Source of the DNA: Syntrophales bacterium
Lineage (GTDB): Bacteria > Desulfobacterota > Syntrophia > Syntrophales > UBA2210
Assembly (NCBI GenBank): GCA_963662405.2
Contig: CAXXKT010000001.1
Location: 1,920,001-1,984,000, forward strand
Length of the DNA: 64,000 nucleotides
Direction of reading: 5' to 3'
The notes below the pieces were generated by a model that was not told where the DNA came from, did no database searches, and saw only the letters and a list, made by a program, of their open reading frames with translations. Position numbers and translations under genes: made by a program. Position 1 is the stretch's first letter. Each line of letters starts with the position of its first letter. Below, piece by piece: positions 10,376 through 19,149 of the stretch.

Positions 10376-11830
10376 TTACTGCTTTGGAGGAGAGACTGGG
10401 ATTGGCTCTACCTCGATGGTTACCTCCACCGGGGGGCTCTTCCCGTCGGCAAAACGGGCCTCCGGAGGGATGACCAGTTGCGGGGTGACCTGTGTCGTTT
10501 CGGTAATCCCCGGGAGGTTGATCGGTTCGGTTGTTACCTTGATCCGTTTCATGTCTTTCTTGAGGGCCTTGAGCTGAACCGAGGGTGGTGAGGCGGTGAC
10601 ACTCCCGAGTTTAAGGCCATTCGGTAGGGCGCCGGAGAGGCTCACCTTGACAGGTACTTTAAAAGTGATGAGCATATGCGCCGTGAATTTGATCTTGTTC
10701 GGGTTGATAGCAACGACGGTGACGTTTGACGGATGCTGGAGATTTGTGGTACCGATCGGTAACTCCTGCCGTCCCTCTTTGATTCCGGTCATATCAAGAG
10801 TGACGTTCAAGGACTCTTTGTTTAAGAGGCTGAATGCCTGTTTCGAGCCCATGAGGGTAACCGTTGTCTCTTTCGGACTCTCCTCTTCGATGATCCAGTC
10901 GGGTGGAAGATTCCGATACACAATGGGCCTGACGAAATCGCGCCTGATACTCTCGGTCTGGTGCCCGAATGCGAGCCACAAGCCACAGGCAAGGAGTATG
11001 GCAATGATCTTCTCCCCCCAGTTTTCACTCAGCCAACGGAACCCCGCGTTTTTCTCAGGGGCCGTCTCCCGATATAATTGTTCGAGGATAGCGAGCAGAT
11101 CTCCCGGGTGGTGGAGCCTCACCAGGTTCCCCTCACGCGCTATGGAGACGGTTCCCCGCTCTTCCGATACGACTATACAGAAGGCATCGCACCGTTCCGA
11201 AAGACCCAGCGCCGCCGTATGACGAAGACCCAGATTGGCTATTTTACCGGGGTTGACCGAGAGGGGGAGATGGCAGCCGAACCGGGTAATGTGTCCATTT
11301 TCGATAACGACTGCGCCGTCGTGTCCGATCGAATGGGGATCAAAGATACTCTCCAGGATCGCCTCACTCAGGTTCCCATCGAGATCGAAGCCCCCCTTGA
11401 GATGGCGATCCAGGAAATCGTCCCCTTTGAGGACGATTAGTGCCCCACGGCGGTTCTGGGCGATCCGGGTGATGGCACGATTAATGACCTCCGCGTCTTG
11501 AAGCGGTGATGTGTCGAGAGAGCCTTTCCTGGTGAATCGCCAGGTGGCCAGACGCTCAAAGAATCTGCGGATATCTTCCTGGAAGATGATAATCAGGGCG
11601 ATGGCCAGGATGGCAAAGAAGCCCTGGAGGGCGTATTCCGTGATATACAGATGAAAGATCCGGGCAATGGCGTATATCAACGCGAGGATGAAGATGCCGA
11701 TCAGGACAAAACGTGATGCCGTCTTCTTGAACCACATCAAGGTAATGTATGAAAATATGGCGATAATGACGATATCGAGAAGATCGGGAATTCGTATCGT
11801 GTGTGCCAGTTGGATGAAATATTGTTCCAT
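10376..11830 (-). CDS. dacA: Diadenylate cyclase (CdaA-type, 3 TM + DAC) fused to YbbR/CdaR domains
   Basis: IIIFQEDIRR, HDGAVVI, GLRHTAALGLSE, VVSEERG; then TM 'WGEKIIAILLACGLW' and YbbR-like beta repeats. Confidence 0.88.
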   Translation of the reverse strand: MEQYFIQLAHTIRIPDLLDIVIIAIFSYITLMWFKKTASRFVLIGIFILALIYAIARIFHLYITEYALQGFFAILAIALIIIFQEDIRRFFERLATWRFTRKGSLDTSPLQDAEVINRAITRIAQNRRGALIVLKGDDFLDRHLKGGFDLDGNLSEAILESIFDPHSIGHDGAVVIENGHITRFGCHLPLSVNPGKIANLGLRHTAALGLSERCDAFCIVVSEERGTVSIAREGNLVRLHHPGDLLAILEQLYRETAPEKNAGFRWLSENWGEKIIAILLACGLWLAFGHQTESIRRDFVRPIVYRNLPPDWIIEEESPKETTVTLMGSKQAFSLLNKESLNVTLDMTGIKEGRQELPIGTTNLQHPSNVTVVAINPNKIKFTAHMLITFKVPVKVSLSGALPNGLKLGSVTASPPSVQLKALKKDMKRIKVTTEPINLPGITETTQVTPQLVIPPEARFADGKSPPVEVTIEVEPIPVSPPKQ

Positions 11831-12086
11831 GGTTCCCGTTCGTTTGGCGTTTTACGCGGAAAACATCCCTCCGATGACCGATGACATCGAATTCCGGAAA
11901 ACTCGTTTATTATAGATAAGTGTAATACAATACGTTGATATTTGGCAATATCTTTCTTTTATGTCCCTTGAATTTGATGCCGGTATCGTGCTAGTAATGA
12001 TTTTGAATGCGGGTTTTGCCGCTCCGATGGCCCGCCCGGTTCTATCCCGTGCTTTATGCCGATGCTCGCGAGAAGGATAGATACAT

Positions 12087-13139
12087 ATGATGGATTCTCA
12101 AGGACATACCCCGGATGACCCCGCAAAGGCGATGCTTTCCGTAGTCGGAAAGAAAAGGGCAATTTTGATCATGTGTCATAACAACCCCGACCCCGACACG
12201 ATCGCGTCGGCAGCTGCGCTGAAATATATCTTTGCCCAAAGCCTCCATCGCAAGGCGGTTATCGGGTATGAGGGGACTATCGGTCGGGCTGAAAACCGTC
12301 AGCTCGTCCGACGCCTGAAGATTGAGATGATACGAACAACTGATCTGAATTTCAGTGATTTCTCAGTTATTGCCCTTGTCGACAGCCAGCCGCATACCGG
12401 GAACAATGCCATTCCTCAAAAGATCTTTCCCCATATCGTTGTTGATCATCACCCTATGAGGAAAGACACCGCGCGGTGTGCCTTTTATGATATTCGACCC
12501 GATTACGGCAGCTCATCAACAATCCTGACGGAATACCTCCGTGAACTTAACCTGAAAATCGATCGCAAACTTGCCACCGCGCTCTACTACGGGTTGAAGA
12601 CCGATACGAACGGTCTCAGTCGTTCATTCACGAAGCCTGATCTGGACGCCTTCAACTATCTCTTTCCCCGGATCGCGCCGCGAACACTGGCGGGGATCGA
12701 GAATCCGAGCGTGCCGAAATCGTATTACCTGAAATTTGCCGATGCGATTGCCCGGTCGGTCCAGTACGGAGATGTTATGATTTCCCAGATGGGCGCCTTG
12801 ACCAACCCCGATGTGACCGCCGAGATGGCCGATTTTCTCCTGCGGATGGAGAACATCCGGTGGACCCTCTGTATGGGGGAATACAAAGATTTGCTGCTGT
12901 TTTCCGTTCGGACATCACGTCGGGGGATGATGGCGGGGAGGATAGCGATCCGGATTGTTAAAAATCTGGGCACCGGCGGAGGACACGAAAAGGCAGCCGG
13001 CGGAAAAATCGGTCTTGACGGTCTGAAGCAGGAAGAGCGAGCGCAGGTCGCCCAGAGGGTTACCGATCGGTTCCTCAAGCTCCTCGGTGCCCAGGACCGG
13101 GAAGGGAAACCCCTTACAGCTTTGGCCCACGCGGATTAA
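12087..13139 (+). CDS. DHH/DHHA1 family phosphoesterase
   Basis: HNNPDPD, VD, VDHH, TDT, GGGHEKAAGG. Confidence 0.9.
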   Translation: MMDSQGHTPDDPAKAMLSVVGKKRAILIMCHNNPDPDTIASAAALKYIFAQSLHRKAVIGYEGTIGRAENRQLVRRLKIEMIRTTDLNFSDFSVIALVDSQPHTGNNAIPQKIFPHIVVDHHPMRKDTARCAFYDIRPDYGSSSTILTEYLRELNLKIDRKLATALYYGLKTDTNGLSRSFTKPDLDAFNYLFPRIAPRTLAGIENPSVPKSYYLKFADAIARSVQYGDVMISQMGALTNPDVTAEMADFLLRMENIRWTLCMGEYKDLLLFSVRTSRRGMMAGRIAIRIVKNLGTGGGHEKAAGGKIGLDGLKQEERAQVAQRVTDRFLKLLGAQDREGKPLTALAHAD

Positions 13140-13203
13140 CACGATAAGAAATCACTTTTTACCATCGAGGATCATCCTGTCAGATCGTAGCGAGGATTAC
13201 CAT

Positions 13204-13605
13204 ATGAACATCCAGGAACATATCAATTCGTCACGGCGGAGCGGGGCGATCGATTTCGTCATTGAAGAGAGAGATGAAGAATGCGTTGTCAGCAGCATGC
13301 CGGTCACGGAAGGGGTGCGTAATCCGTTCGGGACGGTGCAGGCGGGTGCCCTGATTTGGCTGGCGGACGTGACGGCATCGATCCTTGCAATAGGGGCGCA
13401 CAAAATCGGTCCTTCCGGGGAGGGTTTCCCCCTCGCGATCAATCTGCATACGACGCTGCTTGATAATCAGCGAGATGGGACCGTTCGCGCAGAGGCGCGA
13501 TTCGTCCGAAAGGGAGAGCGAATCATCGTGATACGGACCTGCCTTACCAGTGACAGGGGGGAGCTGCTGGCTGAGGTAAACTCTACACACATTCGTGCCG
13601 TATAA
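13204..13605 (+). CDS. PaaI family thioesterase
   Basis: NPFGTVQAGALIWLAD hot-dog motif. Confidence 0.85.
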   Translation: MNIQEHINSSRRSGAIDFVIEERDEECVVSSMPVTEGVRNPFGTVQAGALIWLADVTASILAIGAHKIGPSGEGFPLAINLHTTLLDNQRDGTVRAEARFVRKGERIIVIRTCLTSDRGELLAEVNSTHIRAV

Positions 13606-13647
13606 CGTGGCATGGGACAGATAATCGATAATTGAGAAAGGAAATGG

Positions 13648-14436
13648 ATGATGCATGATTCGAAGGGCGTTGCCGTTCTGACGGGATCGTCACGGGGCGT
13701 CGGGGCCGCGACGGCCCAACTGCTCGCACGGCAGGGCTACAACATTGTTGTCAACTATTCGAAGAGCGAAGGAGAGGCAAGAGAGATCGCGACGGCCTGC
13801 GAGGCCCTCGGCGCCGAGACACTTTTGTGCCAAGCCGATGTCGCCAATGATCAAGACTGTCGCAGAATGGCGACGGAGACAATGGAGCGGTGGGGGCGTA
13901 TCGACGCCCTGGTAAACAACGCGGGTGCGACCAAGTTCTGCGCCCACGAAGATCTCGAAGGGCTCAGCAAGGATGATTTCCTCCATATATACGGAATCAA
14001 CGTGGTGGGGCCCTACCAGATGATCAGGGCCGTGGCTCCCCATATGAAAGGTATCGGAAGCGGCGCGATTGTCAATGTGGCCTCCATCGCCGGGGTGACC
14101 GGGGTCGGGAGTTCCGTTGCCTATGCCGCCTCGAAGGGTGCCCTGATCACGATGACGCTTTCGCTGGCCCGTGTCCTCGGTCCCGAGATTCGTATCAACG
14201 CTGTCTGTCCCGGATTAATTCAGGGGGATTGGCTGCGGCAGGGGATGGGCTCCGAAAGGTATGAAGCTTCCGTACGGTATTGGGAAAAGAAAGCGCCTCT
14301 CCGGATGACGGCTACGCCGGAGACCGTGGCGGAGACGATCGTCTACTTTATCGTCGGTGCCCCTCTGGTGACCGGTGAAACCCTGATCCTCGACGGCGGC
14401 GGACACCTGGCGATGACACCGATGAGCCGACGGTAG
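13648..14436 (+). CDS. SDR family oxidoreductase
   Basis: TGSSRGVG, NNAG, YAASK, NAVCPG. Confidence 0.93.
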   Translation: MMHDSKGVAVLTGSSRGVGAATAQLLARQGYNIVVNYSKSEGEAREIATACEALGAETLLCQADVANDQDCRRMATETMERWGRIDALVNNAGATKFCAHEDLEGLSKDDFLHIYGINVVGPYQMIRAVAPHMKGIGSGAIVNVASIAGVTGVGSSVAYAASKGALITMTLSLARVLGPEIRINAVCPGLIQGDWLRQGMGSERYEASVRYWEKKAPLRMTATPETVAETIVYFIVGAPLVTGETLILDGGGHLAMTPMSRR

Positions 14437-14459
14437 AGGAACAATACCCGGCGAATGGT

Positions 14460-14759
14460 ATGGCACGGTGGCATGTCTATATGATCAGGTGCGGGCAGGG
14501 GACTCTCTACACGGGAATCACCACCGATGTGGCACGACGTTTTGCCGAGCATCAGTCGTCGGGACCCCGAGCCGCACGGTATCTGAAGGGGAGAGGGCCG
14601 CTCCGGACCGTTTTCTCTGTCGATGTCGTCGACCGTGCGGCCGCGCAGAGGCTGGAGCGCAGAATCAAAGGGCTGACAAAGGCGAAAAAGGAACTCTTGG
14701 TCCGGCATCCCGAATCCTTGCGCGAGATCGTCGATACCGCTCCGACACGAGAGACTTGA
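14460..14759 (+). CDS. GIY-YIG nuclease family protein (YhbQ-like)
   Basis: WHVYMIRC..GTLYTGITTDVARRFAEH...LERRIK. Confidence 0.88.
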   Translation: MARWHVYMIRCGQGTLYTGITTDVARRFAEHQSSGPRAARYLKGRGPLRTVFSVDVVDRAAAQRLERRIKGLTKAKKELLVRHPESLREIVDTAPTRET

Positions 14760-14872
14760 ATGACCCTCTGAAGTCATATTGAGCAAAGGGGTACATCTTC
14801 TCGGGCCCTATGAAAGATGAGATGATCATGTGCTGCCGATGCACCTCGAGAGGGCGGAAATCAAACCGGATC

Positions 14873-15550
14873 TCAAGGCCTCTCTTGATTTTTCGCTGGT
14901 CCGTTTCCTTTTGCCGGGAACACCCGGTCAAAATCGCGAAGCATCCGACCGGTCAATCTATCCCTGACCGATTGAGGGTTGTGGGTGATATCCAGGATAA
15001 TCTCCTCCATGTTCTCCAAGGTGCTGCCGATGCGATTATCGATGCGGCGAGCAAGAATACCCGAAAAGAGTGCCATGACGAACCGGGAAATGCCGTTGTC
15101 TCCTCGCATGAAGAGTTCCACGACCCCCGTGATTCCTTTGCTGCCTGCTTCATACGCGAAGATGACCACACCGCTTGCGGTGAAAAACGAAGGGATCGCC
15201 CAGTGGTTGAAACTCCCTGTTGCACAGAAGGTCCGTGAACGATCGGACCGATCAATCTGCCGGACATCGCCGATAATCCCCTGTGGATCGGAGACGTGGA
15301 TGCCGGCGTTTGTCCTGGTCACGCGGTAGGGAGGCCGGAACCCGTATATGACCCAGAGTTGCCCCATAAGGGAAGGATTATCCATGGCCTTTTCCCATAT
15401 CGGAAGCGTGGTATCAATAGAAAATGTCTTTTGATAAGTCGTTGTCGGGGTTTCAATGATTTCTCCAACAGGGAGCTCGAGCGCCTGGACCGGAGACACC
15501 GCGGGGAAAAGCAAACAGATGATCATAATCAGCAGAGATCTTTTCAACAT
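14873..15550 (-). CDS. Hypothetical secreted protein
   Basis: GGAG RBS; signal peptide MLKRSLLIMIICLLFPAVSPVQA. Confidence 0.65.
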   Translation of the reverse strand: MLKRSLLIMIICLLFPAVSPVQALELPVGEIIETPTTTYQKTFSIDTTLPIWEKAMDNPSLMGQLWVIYGFRPPYRVTRTNAGIHVSDPQGIIGDVRQIDRSDRSRTFCATGSFNHWAIPSFFTASGVVIFAYEAGSKGITGVVELFMRGDNGISRFVMALFSGILARRIDNRIGSTLENMEEIILDITHNPQSVRDRLTGRMLRDFDRVFPAKGNGPAKNQERP

Positions 15551-15756
15551 CAAGGCTCCTCGAGGGATTGGTGCCGGCAGTATAGATGGATTGTCCGTAT
15601 GGATCAATCTCAAACTCGCGAGGTATGCTGACGCATTTCTGCTTGAATCGGGGAGATGGGGCAATGGGCAGCAAGCAGCCGCTGCGCATGTTACCGTATG
15701 CCCGGGAGTGAGCGGGCAATCGCAGCCAATGTCGATAAAAAAGGGGTCACGACATC

Positions 15757-15819
15757 TCGTAACCCCTTGGAATCTGGAGCCGATGAGCGGATTTGAACCG
15801 CTGACCTGCTGATTACGAA
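15757..15819. repeat. Left att site: 3' part of tRNA-Thr plus start of its terminator
   Basis: 63-bp exact direct repeat of 54524-54586 (tcgtaaccccttggaatctggagcc...ctgattacgaa). Confidence 0.95.
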
Positions 15820-15876
15820 GTATTTGCTCCAGTTATATCTCATTAAAACAACTGATAAATGTGGAGAATCAATTGA

Positions 15877-16416
15877 CTACGTAGGCGTACAGACTTCGAC
15901 AATGGTCATCACAGCCCACCAGTTGATCACGTTTCCCAGTTCGGCGTGGGCGTGGGTGTGGTGGCCATAGATCTCTTTGTCGCCGGCATCGGTGATAACC
16001 GGCTCCTCGCCGCCAAGCATTTGACGAAATGCGTTCTGGATACCGGCGTTGCCTAGGTTGTTGATCGGATCGCCGAGGCCGAAACGCTCCCAGGTGAGCT
16101 GACAGCAGGGGCGGACGATCATCCAGTCGTATTTGTACATCTGATCCTGCAGCTCGCTGCCGGCATAGATCACATACGCATTGCTGACTGAGATGTCCGT
16201 CAGTGACCCGCGGGCTGTCTCGATCGAGACCGGGGAGGTGAAGTCCGAGATGTATGTCTGGGGATCCTCGTACCGCTGCTGCCACATCTCCCGGATTTCG
16301 GGGATGGCGGCGGCAATATCATGAGTATCGGTGTATTGATCAAACAGATACTCCTCGGACCGAGGAGTAATAATCCGTATGTCGTACGTTCGAAATCCAG
16401 CCCGTAACGGGATCAA
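15877..16416 (-). CDS. Hypothetical protein (possibly a gene fragment)
   Basis: 179-aa ORF with GC3-biased codons; no clear start or recognised motif. Confidence 0.45.
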   Translation of the reverse strand: MIPLRAGFRTYDIRIITPRSEEYLFDQYTDTHDIAAAIPEIREMWQQRYEDPQTYISDFTSPVSIETARGSLTDISVSNAYVIYAGSELQDQMYKYDWMIVRPCCQLTWERFGLGDPINNLGNAGIQNAFRQMLGGEEPVITDAGDKEIYGHHTHAHAELGNVINWWAVMTIVEVCTPT

Positions 16417-16630
16417 GGCATCGACGTGACAGACTGATAATCACGACGTATTGAATAGGTGAAAGCCTTGGGTGGAGCCTCTTGCTGTGGGCAATTGGCG
16501 CCCACTTGTCATGCTCCTCTCATGGCTTTTTCTTTGTGATCATCTATGCGTGTACTGACATTTCAACGATTCATCTTTCTCCCGTGTGTGGATTATCGGA
16601 TTGAGAAATCGAGAGACATCTTGTATAGAG

Positions 16631-17129
16631 ATGGCCATAAAGGTCACCGCCATATACCAACCGGACCAGTCGACAAAATGCAAACGTCCCCTCTCTCTCG
16701 CCATCGAGAGGAACCTCGACCTGAGCCAGTATCTCATCAAGCACCCCGCCGCGACCTTTTTCGTGAAGGTGACGGGGAACTCCATGATCGACGCGGGGAT
16801 CCATGACGGGGACATCCTGATCGTCGACCGTTCCCTCAAGCCCGTCGATAAGAAGGTTGTCATAGCCGTCGTGAACGGCGAGCTGACCGTGAGGAGAATC
16901 AGAGTCACCAGAGGAAAGGGGGTCCCCCTTGACGCTTTTTGCTGAAAATCGAGAGAAACACTCCGACAAGATCATGCAGGTCCTCGACAGCATCAACCGC
17001 CGGTTCGGGGCCAACACGGTCCGCTGCGCCGCCACGAACTCCACTACAAACCAAAAATGGCAAACGGTGGCCGAGTGGCGTTCTCCTTCCTATACCACCA
17101 ACGGGGACCAGCTACCCCGCGTGTCGTAA
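16631..17129 (+). pseudogene. umuD: Internally deleted umuDC: UmuD (S24) N-terminal part joined to UmuC C-terminal tail
   Basis: LDLSQYLIKHPAATFFVKVTGNSMIDAGIHDGDILIVDRS...NGELTVRR, then IMQVLDSINRRFGANTV...SPSYTT in another frame. Confidence 0.85.
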
Positions 17130-17160
17130 CAACATTACCATAAAAGGAGGTATCTTTCCC

Positions 17161-17508
17161 ATGGCCCTGAAAAAAGAAGGTCTAGTCAAATTAATCGAAG
17201 AGGAACTTGGCTTTCCCAAGAACAGATCGAAAGAGCTGGTAGAATCCGTCTTGGAGATCATGAAGCAATCACTGGAGGAGGGTGAAGAAGTGAAGATCAA
17301 TGGCTTCGGGAAGTTCTTCCTCATCGATAAGAAAGCCAGGAACGGGAGGAACCCACAAACGGGAGAGGATGTAATCATTGAACCCCGGAGGGTTGTTTCT
17401 TTCAAATTCTCCCCACAGGCGCGGGCCAAGCTCAACAGCGAATTGACATCACGCACCACTCAGAGCGGATCTGGCGCCTTCATGAAGCGAGCAACGAGAA
17501 GTCTTTAA
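17161..17508 (+). CDS. IHF-alpha/HU family DNA-bending protein
   Basis: GGAGG RBS; MALKKEGLV...VKINGFGKF...ARNGRNPQTGE...RRVVSFK. Confidence 0.9.
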   Translation: MALKKEGLVKLIEEELGFPKNRSKELVESVLEIMKQSLEEGEEVKINGFGKFFLIDKKARNGRNPQTGEDVIIEPRRVVSFKFSPQARAKLNSELTSRTTQSGSGAFMKRATRSL

Positions 17509-17521
17509 AGGAGGGATTACA

Positions 17522-18358
17522 ATGAGTGCTCGGAAACCACTTTTTAGCATCTTTACGTGTCTCTTTATTGTTGCTCTCATATTGGTTTCCCCACCTGGCG
17601 TTCAAGCTGTCGACTATTCGGAGATTCATTGCAAGCATTTCATCCACGGCTACCCAGCCGGCGTCCCACTGAGCAATGACCTCATTATTCGTGATATTTA
17701 CGCACTGTCGTCAAATGATGCGACCAAACTAGCGGATTGGGTCTGCTATCGCCTCGATAAAGAGACCGTCACCGGAGACGTGGAAACCTCAAGGAAATGG
17801 CAGGCTGATCCGTGGCTGGACGAGATCGAAACATTGGAGCCTTCTGATTATGCGGGCGCACATGCTGCCCTGCATGTAGACCGGGGGCATCAGGCTCCTT
17901 TGGGAAGCTTCAAGGGGACAAAGCAATGGGCTGATACGAACATGCTTTCAAATATAACCCCTCAAAAGGCAAACCTCAACCAGGGGCCCTGGAAGAAGCT
18001 TGAAGAAAAAGTGCGTGACCTTGCGAGGGCCGGTGATGTCGTTTATGTGATGACGGGGCCGCTATATGAGCGAGATATGCCAAAGCTGCCCGGGGCAGAT
18101 GAACCTCATTTGATTCCGTCAGGGTATTGGAAGATCATCGTCATACAACCAGACAAGGACATCAATTCCATCCGGACGGCAAGCTTCATCTTTGACCAAG
18201 AGACACCAAGAAATGATGCAGTAATCGATCATCTTTGCGCGATCAATGATATTGAGACAAAAACAGGGCTTGATTTTCTAAGAACCCTTCCCGACGAGAA
18301 GGAAGAAGAGATTGAAGGGGCAATGAATAACAGGTGGGTTGAAGCACAGTTTCAATGA
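17522..18358 (+). CDS. Secreted DNA/RNA non-specific endonuclease (NucA/Serratia family)
   Basis: Signal peptide; DRGHQAP, SNITPQKANLNQGPW..LE, IPSGYWK. Confidence 0.9.
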   Translation: MSARKPLFSIFTCLFIVALILVSPPGVQAVDYSEIHCKHFIHGYPAGVPLSNDLIIRDIYALSSNDATKLADWVCYRLDKETVTGDVETSRKWQADPWLDEIETLEPSDYAGAHAALHVDRGHQAPLGSFKGTKQWADTNMLSNITPQKANLNQGPWKKLEEKVRDLARAGDVVYVMTGPLYERDMPKLPGADEPHLIPSGYWKIIVIQPDKDINSIRTASFIFDQETPRNDAVIDHLCAINDIETKTGLDFLRTLPDEKEEEIEGAMNNRWVEAQFQ

Positions 18359-18502
18359 TCTTTTCACGCTCAGCCGGACAAACAGAAGCCCCGGATGAGA
18401 GAGGTTTTTTCACCCGGGGCTTCCGCAGCAAAAGTATCGCCAATCCCTGCAGTGTTTGTGGTTAAATTGTACCACCCTACCGTCATAAATCAAGGATTTT
18501 TT

Positions 18503-18739
18503 ATGCCCGATAAAACAGCCCATATGCTTCAGAAAACCTTGGGGATCCTGAGCAAGCTCCAAAGCTATAGAGGTGAAGACTTTACAACGGGAATGCAAGA
18601 GTACCTCCAACTTGTGGACCAGTTCTACCGGGAGAACGAACATCTTGTGGCTCGCCAGCAATATGAAGTTGCACAGACAGATCCCGAGTACTTTTTGCGG
18701 CTCCTGGTTCTAGCCGAAGAGATCCACAAGGAGGAGTGA
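18503..18739 (+). CDS. Hypothetical protein
   Basis: 78-aa helical ORF following a hairpin at ~18388-18422. Confidence 0.45.
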   Translation: MPDKTAHMLQKTLGILSKLQSYRGEDFTTGMQEYLQLVDQFYRENEHLVARQQYEVAQTDPEYFLRLLVLAEEIHKEE

Positions 18740-18753
18740 TAGGATCAACCTTA

Positions 18754-18967
18754 TCATCTACAATTGATCAGTAAGTTAAGGAGAATTTCGATGATTGTCT
18801 TTTGAAAGTCTCTCGGTAAAATTTCTTGACAATACATCATCGTAGAGTTACCTAAATAGCTGTTTTGATTTTGACGTTTTTTCTGCTTGCGAACGTCTGT
18901 AAGCAAGGAGGGATTATGGCCTGATCATCGAAGCCCTGTTTCTGAAAAAGAGAGGTGGGGCTTTTTG
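18754..18967 (+). repeat. Intergenic repeat family B, copy 3 (3' part: TTGACA, leader, hairpin + U-run)
   Basis: Aligns by eye with 22015-22094 and 27380-27603. Confidence 0.75.
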
Positions 18968-19149
18968 CTCCTTTCTAGCCACTCAACAACCATCAGGATA
19001 AGCTTTTTGAGGAAATATGGAGATGAAGCATCGCATAGCACGCCTACTGTGTTCATTGATTCTGTCCAATATCTCCCTAAATGTTTATGCAAGTGAACAA
19101 GGCAATCGAGTAACAAAAACTTTCTGGTCGATATGAAATAGGGATCAAG

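Noticed and set aside
15775..15819. Second tRNA gene
   Set aside because: Only the 3' part is present; it is the att duplication.
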